This document shows, piece after piece, positions 34,502 through 46,249 of a stretch of DNA of 64,000 bases. This DNA is from Hyaloraphidium curvatum SAG 235-1. Its lineage: Eukaryota > Fungi > Monoblepharomycota. The notes under the pieces were generated by a model, which ran no database searches, had not been told where the DNA came from, and was given only the letters and a program-made list of their open reading frames with translations. Within the stretch, counting starts at the first letter, position 1. The number at the start of each line of letters is the position of its first letter. Position numbers and translations under genes: made by a program. The stretch lies in contig JAIVFI010000031.1 of NCBI GenBank assembly GCA_025558095.1, positions 124,001-188,000 on the forward strand, in the 5' to 3' direction.

Positions 34502-34720
34502 GGTCCCAATCTTGAGGTCGGATTTGCGCGCATTATCTCATCGTGGTGGAGGATTGCGTTTGATTGGCTCCGCGTGGATGATCGAGGAAGAGCGGGGCCA
34601 CGGATTTTGATAGCGAAGCTAAATCCTGTGCGTCTGTTGTGCAAAGGAGGGTGAATCCACTGCGTCACTTTGTAGGTTGTTCGATGAATGATAGTTATGT
34701 TTGCCCCGTTCGGCTATGCA

Positions 34721-35376
34721 TCAGACAACAACCCGACTGCGATCCACCATGTGCGCCAATATCGTTGGCAAGACGTACAGCGGGATCGAGTACAGCGACA
34801 TGTCGACCGCGCCGGAACGGGCCGCGGGGTCCGGCGGCGAGGCGTTGAAGTAGACGGCGTAGCACTCGGCGACCATCACGATGCCCAGCGCCCAAACCCA
34901 GCCGTTCCCGAGCTTGGTCGGCCGCGTGCGCGACAGATAGACGTAGAAGGTGCCGAACGTGACGGCGAGCTCGACGGCGAGGGAGAGCATGGGTCGGTCC
35001 CACAACGCCCAACCATACTTGGTTCCCCAGTCCAAGACAAGCGGGAGGTCGGCCCGATGGAAGGGGAGGTCGAGGAACCAGTGGGAAAGGACCAGGGCGC
35101 CGACCATCATCCCGTCTTTGTCGGCAGGCGCGAGCTGCGCCGCGGCTAGCGCCCAGGTCGCGCCCGCGGCCAGGCTGTGTAGTAGTATATGTCGAGCGGC
35201 GTCGCAAGTCCGCGCGCGAGGAGATCCTTGTCGAGCCTGGCCTTTTCCACGCCCGCGAAGACGAAGTTCATGTAGCCGAGGTCGACCAGCGTGACGGCGG
35301 CGAAGCAGGCCGCGAGGGAGGGCGAGCCGCGGAGCGCGCGGACGAGGAATGCGGGGCCAAAGTGTCCGATGAGCAT
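34721..35376 (-). pseudogene. bacterial-type membrane-bound metal-dependent hydrolase-like gene with a frameshift
   Basis: MLIGHF...VDL...GVE in one frame; HSL...SHWFLDLPFHRADLPL in another. The shift is at TACTACTACACAGC (~35176-35190) with no intron signals. Confidence 0.55.
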
Positions 35377-35802
35377 CGTGCTGACTCGTGAACGATGCGA
35401 GGTGTGTGTGTGTTGGATTCGTCGCGCTACGGCCGCGACACCCTTGAACTTCCGCAGAACGTTCGACGACCGTTCGAAAGAATGCATGCGCACGTGCCGA
35501 CCCCATCAGAAAGCCTTATATGCTGCAAGGTTGATGCGTCATCAGTTCTGTCTCCAGAGTTGGATGCTGGGACGAGAGGAAAGCGGATGCGACCGGCGTG
35601 TTGACAACAAGCCACTCGCCGCCGCGCTGTCCTGCAGTTGTCCCGTCCACGGCTCCTGCGGCACGCCGAACAAAACCAGCATTCCGGCGCCGGCGTGAAG
35701 GTGTCGCACTCAGGCTGTAGCAGTGCTCGCGCCTTGCGCCGCCGTGGAGATCCGGCTGCAGCACAGCGCACGCCGCCAACCAACGTCGGTGGAGCAGCAC
35801 CC

Positions 35803-36144
35803 ATGCCGGACGGCCCCCTCCCGCGCATCGAGTTCCGCCGCTCCGACGGCACCGTAAACACATTCCTTCCCAGCTCCGGACCCGGCGTCGTCCCGCCCGA
35901 ATGGACGCGGCAAACCCCGGACGGCGGCACCATCGCGCTCCGGGTCGAAGCGGGCAGCGGCTGGCGGATCCGGGCGGCGGACGGGGTGCTGCTCGGGATC
36001 CCGTGGGATAGGGAGCACGAGGAGAGGGAGATGCCGGGGGAGGGGAAGTGGGTGTCGTCCAAGGGGGACAAGGCGTATGTGTACGAAATGCACATCGTGC
36101 AACACAACGACCCCAGGAGGAATGGGGCGCTACTGAAAGAATAA
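35803..36144 (+). CDS. small hypothetical protein
   Basis: 113-aa ORF with host-like codon usage (MPDGPLPRIEFRRSDG...). Confidence 0.4.
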   Translation: MPDGPLPRIEFRRSDGTVNTFLPSSGPGVVPPEWTRQTPDGGTIALRVEAGSGWRIRAADGVLLGIPWDREHEEREMPGEGKWVSSKGDKAYVYEMHIVQHNDPRRNGALLKE

Positions 36145-36206
36145 ACACCATTGTGCAGCTTCCACTTGGCTACGCAGCATCCGTCCTTACCATCCAATAG
36201 TGGCGA

Positions 36207-37785
36207 TCATGCCGCTGCCCAAAGTGTCCCCGCTCCGGCCACCAAAGCGAATTGCACGAAGCCGGCTCTGGCACGGCGGCCGGCGGAGGGCCTCGAAGTC
36301 GTCGACGGGGCGGGCGAGAGGGTGGCGAAGGAGGTGGCTGTAGCCGAAGTCGTGGGTTTTGTCGCGGCCGTGACTGTGGCCGTCGCCAAGGTGGTCGCGA
36401 AGGCGGAGGTGGTCAAGACGACGCTTGTGGAAAGCCCCGCCGTCACGCTCGTGGATAGCCCCGGCGTCGCCGTCGTGGGAATCGCCGTCGAGATAGCCAG
36501 CGTCAGCACGGTACCCGAGCTCGTTGCGGCCGGGCACAGCCCCGGCGGGATCCTGGAGCACGGGAAGCACTCGCCCTCCAGGCATCCCTCCCCCGCATCG
36601 CACGCTGTACCACATCCGCCGCAGTTCTTGGGGTCGGAGGTGGTGGGGGCGCAGACGCCACCGCAGGGCGTGAGGTTGCCGGGGATGGGGTTTACTGAGT
36701 TGGGCGGGGTGCAGGTGCATTTTCCTGGCGAGTCGATAATGTCGGGGCTGCCGGCAGCAAGGAAACGTGTGGGACACACCTCCGACGCAGAAACCGGGGT
36801 AAGGGTAGTCATCACTCCTAACAGGACAGCTCGATCCACAAGCACCGCAATTGCTCGCGTCGTTGTTGAGGTCCACGCATGCAAACACCGTCCCGTTGGC
36901 GGCAGGGCAGGAAGCGTACCTGTTGGGCGACGCCTGCCCGCCAAAGGGAGGGCATCCGCACGAGCCCGAGATGCACGACTGCCCAGGGGAGCAGATAGTG
37001 CCGCAAGAGCCGCAGTTGAGCGGGTCCGAGGAGAGCTGGGCGCACGTGCTGCCACAGAGCGTGAAGGTGCCCTCTATCGGCGGCACCGCGGAGCACGCGA
37101 CGCAGGCGCCCGAGGAGCAGACGGTCCCGGCGGGACACTCACTGCCACACTTTCCGCAGCTGGTGTCGTTGAAGTTGAGCCAGACGCAGCCGATCCCGGG
37201 GCAATACGTGTCGTAGCTCGCCTCGCAGATGATGGGGCGGCAGGTGGGGTTCAGCCCGTCGTCGCCGCTCCTGCACTGCGTGCCGTTCGTGCACGCACTT
37301 TCGCACGAGCCGCAGTTGGCGTCGTCGATCGGCACACAGCGCCCGCCGCACTTTATCTGGCCGAACTCGCACTCGGCGCAGGTGCCCGAGGTGCAGAACG
37401 GCTTGGAGGCCGGGCACGCGTCGCCGCAGGCGGAGCAGTCCTGTGGGGTCCCCGTGCAACGCGTCGGGTCGCCCGTGCCGCAGAACGAGGCCCCGCCGGC
37501 GTATTCGCGGCAGCACTGCGGGCCGCTGATGCACTGCCCACCGCGACAGACCGTGGCGTTAGAGCAAAGAGCACTGCACGCGCCACAGTTGGCGTCGGAA
37601 GACGAAAGAAAGACGCAGACGCCGGTGGCCTCGTCGGGGCACCACGTGCAGCGCTCGATGAACGGGGGCACGGAGCGGGCCGCGAGGGCGGCGCTGCCCG
37701 AGGAGGTGCGCGCGCCCGAGGCCTGCGCCGCCATCAAGGCAATCGATGAGATAATGAGGAGGAACTTGAGTGCGGTGGAGGGCAT
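36207..37785 (-). CDS. secreted Cys-rich STIG1-like repeat protein with Ser/Thr stalk and hydrophobic C-terminus (GPI-like)
   Basis: Signal peptide; ~7 repeats of DxxNCGxCxxxC; Thr/Ala-rich tail; one intron near 36725-36779. Confidence 0.8.
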
Positions 37786-38065
37786 TTTTCGGTGTGGAAC
37801 GCGAGAGAAGCGGCCAGGATTTGGCGAAAGGGACAGCACCGCCACGATTTGTCCCCCAATCCGGATTTTCCGCTGACGTCCTCCACGAAGCCGGCTTTCA
37901 AGTTCTTACGGCGCTCTAGCCGCATTGACTGCATGAAAGCCATCTTGGGCTGTTCCATGCGGGGAACAATGAAATCGATTAAGGTGGGAGGGCCGAGGAA
38001 GCGAGGGTGATCGGCCACCTGCGAGAGGATCCGGAGTATGTTTCTATGTCGCCGGGAAACCTAGG

Positions 38066-38395
38066 ATGTTGTTGAATCGGGCCGGGGCCTGGAAGCAGTT
38101 CAGGTCCACCAAGAGACACCTCTCGACCTGTGCAGGCTGCGGATACCCGCGAGGCACGCCGGACAGCGAGCGCAAGGGGGAGCCTGAGAAATGCCCGATT
38201 TGCAAGACGGCGCTGTTCTGCAGCGTATGCCGCCTCCGATGTCAAACAGCGTGCTCATCGCCTACGTGCGCCAGCCGGGAGTGCCTTGTGGAGTACTGGC
38301 GGAAGCACAAGGGCGAATGCAAGCTGCTGCAGGAGAAGAGGATGCTTGCCGCGGCGTCGCCTGCTGAGGCTGCGTTACATACGGCTCCTATCTGA
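38066..38395 (+). CDS. isolated MYND zinc-finger fragment
   Basis: CAGCG...CPICKTALFCS|RECLVEYWRKHKGECK. Confidence 0.5.
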   Translation: MLLNRAGAWKQFRSTKRHLSTCAGCGYPRGTPDSERKGEPEKCPICKTALFCSVCRLRCQTACSSPTCASRECLVEYWRKHKGECKLLQEKRMLAAASPAEAALHTAPI

Positions 38396-38556
38396 TGCCC
38401 GTGTGCATTGCATGTATAAATACGATCTCGAATCTGTATTAAAAGGTCGGATGCTGCCACGCCGGCTTCAGCGTAACGGAGAGAGCCAGCACGTCGATCG
38501 TCACCGCGATCGTCCGCCTTGTTTGCCTCACCGTTTCCCTCACCACGCAGAGCGCG

Positions 38557-40068
38557 ATGGACATCCGAATCCTCGGCAAACAGAACCCGGGCCCAAATGA
38601 TGCGAAGGATTTCATTTTCCAGGCCAAGTGGAAGCCTCAAGAGGTTTCATTTCCCGAGCTGAACATCAGGATCCGCGACCGCGATTTGACCATCCCCGGC
38701 CGCGACTTTGGCCCGAAACCGCCCCCGGGCATCATCAGCGTGGAGCTCAAAACGATCAAGCGCCTCATGAAGCGCCACGTGGCCCTTTTCCGGGACCCGC
38801 CGGGCCCGGGACCGGCGCGTGTGGTCCTGCTCCCGCCGCTGGAAAGGGACGAGCCCCTCGTGGAGGTCATCGAGGGCCGCGACGGGTTCCGCATCGAGAA
38901 GCAGAAGCAGCGCGGGTACATCGCCGGCGCGCCGCGCGCGGTCAAGCTGCACCGCGGAATGGCCACCGTGGCGCCCAACCCGGACCCCAACTCCAGCGAT
39001 CGGCAGTGCCGGTGGGGCCAGTGGGAGTTCGACTACGTGAACGTACCGGTGCCGTACGTCAGCGGCAAAGGCACGGAGCCGCGGATGGTCAGGGCGGTCC
39101 CGGGCCTCGTGCAGATCGACCAGATGGCCGTGAAGTCGGCCCTGATGCCGAGCCGCAAGGAGATGGCGGAGATTCACGTCACGGTGTTTGAGCGCGTGTG
39201 CGAGCTCGGGGACCTGGACTCGTATTACGTCCTCGTGACGGGCGCCAACGGGAACGCCAGCATGTTTCCGCGGCTGGCGCCCCGCGCGATCAAGGCGATC
39301 GAGAAGATCATGCCTGTCATCGAGGCAAACGCTCCCGTGCACGACAAGCTGTACGCTCTCATCATGATGGGGGAGCTGCACGAGGCCATGGAGGATTTCG
39401 AGGGCGCGATCCTGCGGTACTACGACGGATTCCAGATTTGCTTGGAGAAGCCCGAAGAGGTGGGGCGGGGTTCCCTGTCCCAGCTGCTCAACTTCCTTGG
39501 TGCGGTGGCTCGCGATCCCTATCTGCCGCCCCTGGTACTGATCATGTGCCGTTTATGCAGGCCTGGCGTTCAAACGCGCGGACCATTTCGACGCGGCGGA
39601 AACCTGCTACCGCCTCGGCTTCGTCGCCGGCGACGGCTTCCCCAAGGCCCAGGATCTCTTCCTGGACCTCATGCGGGCGCTCTCGGACGCGCGGGGCAAC
39701 GACGCCGCGACCAGGAGGGTGCGCAACCTCGGCGGGCTGACGCACCAGACCACGGGGGCGATGCGTGCCATCGTCCGGTGCTCGGGTTGCGGGTACGTTG
39801 CGCCCGGTCGACCGGCTGCACGGGCGGCTGATTGTCTCGCCCGAAGTTACCCTCACGGGCGCGAAAAGGAGATCGGGGACAACACGCCGCCGAAGGAGCT
39901 CAAGAAGTGCTCGGGGTGCAAGACCGTCGTGTTCTGCAGGTGGGTCCGCAGCGCGGAGGACGGTATGGCGGCATCTGACTGCACGTCAGCCGCGAGTGCC
40001 AGGTCAGCTTCTGGCCCGAGCATAAGGAGGCGTGCAAGCTGTTTCAGCAGGAGAGGCAGAAGGCGTGA
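38557..40068 (+). CDS. TPR-like / MYND zinc-finger protein
   Basis: CSGCG...LKKCSGCKTVVFCS|RECQVSFWPEHKEACK; 3 short introns. Confidence 0.75.
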
Positions 40069-40312
40069 TTATACCACCAATCGGATACCAGTTGCTGCAT
40101 TGCGGCAGAAGCAGTCAGGTACCGTTGCGGCAGGAGCGACGAAAGTCCTGGCCGTCTCGGCAACCAGATCGGCTGACCGAGCAACTCGATTATCGATGTA
40201 ACTTGTGTAATTGATCTGATCTTAGCCAAGAGCCGCCGGATTGGTTTGGACGCCTCGGTCTGCGCAGGCGGCTATCAACAGACGCGAGGACCAACGAACG
40301 TCCACCGCCGCG

Positions 40313-41266
40313 ATGAACGGCTCCAGCTCCTCCTCCCCGGCCATCAAGATCAAGCCCGAGCCCGGCCTCGTCCCCGTCAAGCCCGAACCCGGGCTCGCCG
40401 CCAAACCGGACGCGAAACCCGACGCGAAACCCGAACCCCGCCGTCGCCCGCTGCTGCAGTTCCCGCCCACCGCGGAGCTCGACGCCGCCCCGCTCCACGC
40501 GGGCAAAAAGCTCTGGCTGGTCAAAGTCCCGCGCTTCCTCTCGCAGCACCTCTCGTCGCACCCCCCCGGCGCCGACCTGGGCGAGCTGGTCGTCGAGAAG
40601 GGCGCCGACGGGAAATCGCGGATCAGGATCGAGGTGCCCTCGGCGCCGCAGGGCACGCCCTCTTCGTACGAGTGCGCGCTGCGGGAGGGGCAGCCGGCGG
40701 GCTACGCGTTCGCGGAGGACGGCAGGGGCGCGGGGACGCGGGTCGCGGGCAGGATCGTGAGGGAGCTCAACGCGCGGCCGGCGCTGGGGGAGGACTACCT
40801 GAGCATGATCCGGGCGCGGACGGCGCTGAAACCCGAGTGGGAGACGGGGTTCATCGGGGACGAGGAGGCGAACCGGATCGCGGCGGTGGGGATGCAGGTC
40901 GGCAGGCGGGACGACGGGTTCACCAAGGCGCGGCGGCCGGCGCCGAGGAACGTCAATGCGCGGGTGGAAGATGTGGGGGAGCTGTTCGAGATGATCATGG
41001 GGGCGTTCAGGGACGCCGAGTACTGGGCGTCGGACTCGCTCGCGGACACGCTCAAGCAGCCCAAGCAGTTTGTCCGGGAGAACCTGCCGACGATGGCGGT
41101 GCAGGAAAAGGGCGGGCCGTATGCGGGCATGTGGAAGCTCAAGCCCGAGCACAGGGCGTTTTTGAACGGGGAGCAGGAGCAGCCGGCCATGCCGGAGGAG
41201 GAGGACGAGGACCTGGAGGACGACGACGAGGAGGACCCGGACGACGAGGATCCCATGGAGATGTAG
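40313..41266 (+). CDS. TFG2: TFIIF beta subunit (RAP30/Tfg2)-like
   Basis: KLWLVKVPRFL N-terminal motif; winged helix F..AEYW...L...LKQP...GPYAGMWKLKPEH. Confidence 0.8.
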   Translation: MNGSSSSSPAIKIKPEPGLVPVKPEPGLAAKPDAKPDAKPEPRRRPLLQFPPTAELDAAPLHAGKKLWLVKVPRFLSQHLSSHPPGADLGELVVEKGADGKSRIRIEVPSAPQGTPSSYECALREGQPAGYAFAEDGRGAGTRVAGRIVRELNARPALGEDYLSMIRARTALKPEWETGFIGDEEANRIAAVGMQVGRRDDGFTKARRPAPRNVNARVEDVGELFEMIMGAFRDAEYWASDSLADTLKQPKQFVRENLPTMAVQEKGGPYAGMWKLKPEHRAFLNGEQEQPAMPEEEDEDLEDDDEEDPDDEDPMEM

Positions 41267-41461
41267 CGTCGGGCCTCGTGCTCGAGGGACTGGCGGCAGA
41301 GACGGTGCGAAGGATATGTCTGAACCCTGGTCATTACGCGGCCCCTGCCGCACCGTGTACAAGCGATCAAGAAACAAACATTACCCGTATTCTTCGCATG
41401 GCATTCGTAGGTATCCTTCCCGTCCGTGCCCAAGACCCCCTTCCATCGAGCAAGCAAGAGT

Positions 41462-43438
41462 TCACGCCTCGCCGCGCCACCGCATCCCCGCTTGGTCCCA
41501 CCACCCCAGCACCGCATCCCTCGCCGAATCGAACCCCCAAATCACGAGGTTGCGCGCCTGGTACGCGCGCTCCCGCCACGTCCACGGCAGCGCGAACCCG
41601 TCGTCCCGCCCCGGATCCGGCAGCCCCGCGAGCAGGTCCCCGACCGGCTCCCCGGCGCACGCGCGCGCCCACACCCCCCTCAGCACGCGCTTGGCCGGAT
41701 CCCCGGCGGCGAACTTGCGCGCGAACTGCGCCCGGGACCTGACGACCCCCGGCAGGTCGTTCGTCCCGAGCGTGCACGGGGACCACCCCCACGGCGCCGT
41801 CGACCTGCGGGAGAGGCACCCGTTCCTGCGCTCCGAGTTCCACACGACGTGGATGAACGGTCCCGGTGCGAGCTGCGACGTGCCGTTGAACGGCGAGTCC
41901 ATGAGCAGGGTCGGGAAGAACATCTCGTCCGACGCGTGCGAGCCCGACTCGAAGTAGGCCAGCCACAGGCGGGAGCGGTGCGAGTTCGCGGCGAAATACG
42001 CGAACTCCCGCGAGAGCAGGACCCACTGCGGCCCCTTGTACACGGGCGCGCCGCCGGGAGTGTGCGACATGGTGCTGCAGGAGGGGTCGAGGCACCGCCC
42101 GCGCTGCTTCTTGCAGTGCTCGTCCGCGCGCGTGGACCCCCAGCGGCACACCTTCCACGGGCGGTCGTAGAACACGATGTTTGCCCGCGGGTCCAGCCGG
42201 GAAAGCCATTTTTCGCGCTCGCAGGGGGGTTGGGACGGGTAGCTCGTCCCGCTGGCCACGACGGCGAACCGCCATCCCGCCCAGGAGGTCTCGGCGGCGC
42301 GGAGCGCGAGCAGCTCGGCGCGGACCATGCTCGCCGCGCCCCAGTCCACGCGCACGCGCGGGTATACGAGGTTGGCGGCGCCGGCGGGGAACCGCGCGGC
42401 GATCCCGTGCAGGGCGAGGAGGGCCGCGGGGGCGGCCTTGGCGTCCAGGTGCACGTAGAAGCGGGTGAGGTTGGGGTGGGTGTAGACGGCGTCCATGAAC
42501 TCGCCGGCGCCGAGGGCAGAGTCGAGGTCGTGACAGAGGAGGATGTAGGCCACGGCGACGCCCGACGGGGTGACTGGGGTAACGGGGGTCGAGGCGTCGG
42601 GCAATCGGGGGAAAAAGGCGTCGTCGACCGGTCCTCGGTCAACGACAGGGTATGCGGCGGTGCCGCGGAGGTACCGCAGCGAGGAGCGCAGCGGGACCAG
42701 GGGCGCGAACGGAGCGCGGTCCGGGTTGGCCGCGTCGGGCGCGTAGGCCGACAGCGGCAGCGTCAGGAACGGCGGGCTGCTCTGCAGCGCGACCGTTGCT
42801 GGGTTTCCGGCGCTGTGAACGAGCGCGTACGGGCCGCCGGGGGGCAGCAACTCTGCGGCGACCGCCACGTCAACCCCGGGCGATCTCCGCGAGACCGCGT
42901 CCGGGAGGGGCAGAATCGAGAAGGGGAGGTAATCCGGTGGCGCACGATAGGAAGGAGCGTCCGCGGATCCGTTGGAGAGTGTTTGTGCGGCGGCGACCGG
43001 GGCAGCGGCTTCCGGCTGCCGGGGTGCCTCGGGCGCCCACGCGGCGCCTGCGGCCTGCTGCCCGGCGAATCCACGGCGCAGACCCGTTGGCGACCCGCGA
43101 GGACGCCCCCCGCCGTGGGGCGCCGCGTGCGGCGGGCCGTGCGGCGCGGGCTTGCCGTTTCGCCCGCCGACGAGAGCCGACAGCGCCAGGCCGGCGAGCA
43201 GCGCCAGCCCGAGCAGCAGCGGCCCCGCGCGGGACAGCAAAGCAAACAGCGGCCGTCTGCGCCCCGGCAGCGCCGCCCGGCTGGCCGCCCTGCCGTCCCC
43301 GGCCGCCTTGCGATAGCGCCAGGCGCCGCCCGCCGCCGCGCCCCATTCGTCGCCCGGGGCTCCGAGCGCGCCCACTTCTTCGACCAGCGCCGCAGCGACG
43401 AGCGCCGGCGGCAGAGAGAGGCGCCGCTGCCGCAGCAT
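41462..43438 (-). CDS. GT14 core-2/I-branching (xylosyltransferase-like) glycosyltransferase
   Basis: TM anchor; VAYILLCH, FYVHLDAK, VDWGAASMVRAEL, SGTSYP, YKGPQWVLLSREF, SDEMFFPTLL, FARKF. Confidence 0.85.
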   Translation of the reverse strand: MLRQRRLSLPPALVAAALVEEVGALGAPGDEWGAAAGGAWRYRKAAGDGRAASRAALPGRRRPLFALLSRAGPLLLGLALLAGLALSALVGGRNGKPAPHGPPHAAPHGGGRPRGSPTGLRRGFAGQQAAGAAWAPEAPRQPEAAAPVAAAQTLSNGSADAPSYRAPPDYLPFSILPLPDAVSRRSPGVDVAVAAELLPPGGPYALVHSAGNPATVALQSSPPFLTLPLSAYAPDAANPDRAPFAPLVPLRSSLRYLRGTAAYPVVDRGPVDDAFFPRLPDASTPVTPVTPSGVAVAYILLCHDLDSALGAGEFMDAVYTHPNLTRFYVHLDAKAAPAALLALHGIAARFPAGAANLVYPRVRVDWGAASMVRAELLALRAAETSWAGWRFAVVASGTSYPSQPPCEREKWLSRLDPRANIVFYDRPWKVCRWGSTRADEHCKKQRGRCLDPSCSTMSHTPGGAPVYKGPQWVLLSREFAYFAANSHRSRLWLAYFESGSHASDEMFFPTLLMDSPFNGTSQLAPGPFIHVVWNSERRNGCLSRRSTAPWGWSPCTLGTNDLPGVVRSRAQFARKFAAGDPAKRVLRGVWARACAGEPVGDLLAGLPDPGRDDGFALPWTWRERAYQARNLVIWGFDSARDAVLGWWDQAGMRWRGEA

Positions 43439-44062
43439 GGCGGCGTGCGGGCGGGTCTGCAACCGTTTGTTTCGGCGATGGCGTTGCTCCCGGCCCGGCC
43501 ATGCTGATTGGGCTGAGCTGCTCAGCCCGGAAACGCACCGTCATGCCTCGATCGCCCGGGGCACGGTGCGCACGCGCGTGCCGGCGGCCTTCTTGGCCTC
43601 GGAATCAGATCAGTTTGGCGCAATTGATCCATTCGATCCGTGGGGCTTGGTCTTCCCGTACCAAGCTGCACCGCACCCGGAGCACCGGTTCGGAAGCTAC
43701 AGCCGAGGACTACCAGCAGGGTAAGACGTGCGAAGGGCGCTACGCGCGGGAGAGAGGTCGATCTTCTGATGAATCTTGCCAGAAGCAAGGAAGATGGGTC
43801 TTTGACACGGCAGGTCGCTACCTCTTGAAACTGGCCTCAGTCATGCTATCGAAAAGCATGACGGGAAGTAAAGTCCCCTTCCCTCCGGTTCTGGCACTTC
43901 GCTCGACTCTCATGACTCTGTCTCTGCCCGGATCATGCCACACGTAGAAAGACGGCCGACGATATGAGTTGCTGCCCTCGTTGCTGGCCTCATACAACGT
44001 GCTCAAGAATGACCTCTATTCCCACCCGAGTTCAGATTCCCATTCCATCCCACCGCATGATA

Positions 44063-44813
44063 TCAGATCTTCGTCTTCGGTGCCCTGAAGAACATCCGTA
44101 TCACGCCGACCTGCACCGCCGACATTGCAACGATCAGGAAAGCAATGATCCCGTTGAACCAGAAGATCCTCTCGCTCGTCGAGACCACCGTGCTTTCGTT
44201 CCGGTTCTGCCGGGTCCTAAAGTACTTTTGGTTCCGCACGATGTTGGCCATCCCGTTGCCGACGCGGTCCAGCGCCTCGGTGAGCTTTGTGTCCTCCTCC
44301 CCGCCCTTGCCGCCCTTGCTCTTGTCCAGGTCGTGCTCCACCGTGATGTCGAAATCCACCAGCTTCTCCGCAAAGGTGCTCATCACGTTGGAGAAGCAGA
44401 AGGAGTACTCCCCGATGACGGGGGCGCTGAACACAAAGTCCCCCTGCCGCTCCTTGGACCCCGAGATGACCTCCTTCCCGTCGGGGCCCGTGACGGTATA
44501 GTCCAGATCGAAGGAGCCTCCGGATTGCACCTGTGAATGGGGGGGGAGCGGAACACGTCGGACGCGTCGCGCGGCGTGGCAGCCGGTGTTAGCGCCGGCT
44601 TGGGCCTGGTGTCGGCGGCGGAGCGGCACGCACGGCGTAGTAGAATGCGATCTTCTCGTCGGCCTTGACGGCGTTGACGTAGAAGCACGCGTTCTCGTTG
44701 GGCTGCATCTTGTACGTCAGCGTCACCGCCGACGCGAGGGGCAGCGCGGCCAGGAGGAGCAGGGCGAGCGCGGCGCCGGCCGCGGGCCGCCGCGCGGGTC
44801 GCCGCGGTTGCAT
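44063..44813 (-). CDS. p24/emp24/GOLD family cargo receptor
   Basis: Signal peptide; FYYA|VQSGGSFD, GEYSFCFSNVMSTFAEKLVDF, RNESTVVSTSERI; C-terminal TM + FF. Confidence 0.92.
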
Positions 44814-45035
44814 GGCCGGGAGCGCTCCCGCGGAGGTGTCGCGGAAGCGGCGAGTTTTGGTCGGGGAGCTGGGAGCGGTGCTCTAAACCTTGAATAATTC
44901 CGGCAAGGTTTCGGAATTGTAAACAGCCATCGCTCGCGCGCGCTCTACACCAACTCGCGTCCTCCTCGCACCGGACTCTTCGACGAGTCTCTGCCTCCTC
45001 TCGTCCCTCTCTCTCCGGAGTCGATTGTCTCAGAA

Positions 45036-46159
45036 ATGGCGAGCGTATCAAAGAAGCGGAAGGTGACTGTCGTGGAGACGCGGACCACCGCCCGGACGCC
45101 CAACCGCGCTCGCTGTCGGCCTCTTGATGAGTCCGACGCATCGGCCTCCACTTTCTGACACCTCTAGTGTCAACCGGCGGCCTTGCTGCCGGTAATGCAC
45201 GGAGCATCGATTCTGAAGACGACCGCGGGCCGCTTCCCGCGTGGCGGGCGCGGGGCGGCGTGGGCCGGGGCGGGGCTCACGGGGCTGCTGCCGAGGAACA
45301 TCGCTGACCATCTCCTTTGCTTGCCTCTCTCGCACCTCGCCGTCTCGTGCGCAGTTTGTCGCCGACGGTGTCTTCTACGCCGAGCTCAACGAGCTGCTGA
45401 CGCGGGAGCTGGCCGAGGACGGTTACTCGGGCGTCGAGGTCCGCGTCACCCCCGCGCGCACCGAGATCATCATCAGGGCCACGCGCACTCAGAGCGTGCT
45501 GGGCGACAAGGGCCGCCGGATCCGGGAGCTCACTGCCATCGTGCAGAAGCGCTTCTCGTTCCCCGAGGGCACCGTCGAGCTGTACGCCGAGCGCATCCAG
45601 AACCGCGGTCTCTCCGCCATCGCGCAGGCCGAGTCGCTCCGCTACAAGCTGCTCGGCGGCCTCGCCGTCCGGAGGGCCTGCTACGGTGTGCTGCGTTTCA
45701 TCATGGAGTCGGGTGCCAAGGGTGCCGAGGTCGTCGTTTCGGGCAAGCTGCGGGCGCAGCGTGCCAAGTCGATGAAGTTCACGGACGGGTTCATGATCCA
45801 CAGGTTGGTTTCCGCCGCGGAAGAGTTTTGCACAGTTTGCTCAACTCCCCCATCTACAGCGGTCAGCCCGCCAAGGACTTCGTTGACTACGCCGTCCGCC
45901 ACGTTCTGCTCCGGCAGGGTGTGCTCGGCATCAAGGTCAAGATCATGCTCGACTCGGACCCGACCGGCAAGGCCGGCCCGAAGAAGCCCCTCCCCGACAG
46001 CGTCACCATCCTCGTGAGTCTCAAACTCCCACCGAAACGAGGCATATCGCTGACTGGGTGTTGCTTCAGGAACCCAAAGAGGAGGCCGAGCTCCCGATCC
46101 CCCTGCCCGAGGTCCCGCAGGCACCCGCGGCCGTGCAGGAGCCCATCGAGTCGCTGTGA
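45036..46159 (+). CDS. RPS3: 40S ribosomal protein S3 (uS3)
   Basis: MASVSKKRK|[33 protein letters not shown]...[11 protein letters not shown]; 3 introns, the first ~290 nt. Confidence 0.97.
45115..45223 (+). ncRNA. candidate intronic box C/D snoRNA
   Basis: In the long RPS3 intron 1: box C TGATGA 45125-45130, D' CTGA 45155-45158, box D CTGA 45213-45216, terminal stem GTCG..TCT / AGA.CGAC. Confidence 0.55.
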
Positions 46160-46249
46160 TTGGGCAGTCTGGACCCGTGTACATTCTTCGACGCGGCAAT
46201 GTGATTTGCAGTCCGCTACATATGTCTATTGTCGCCTCAGTCAGTCCAC

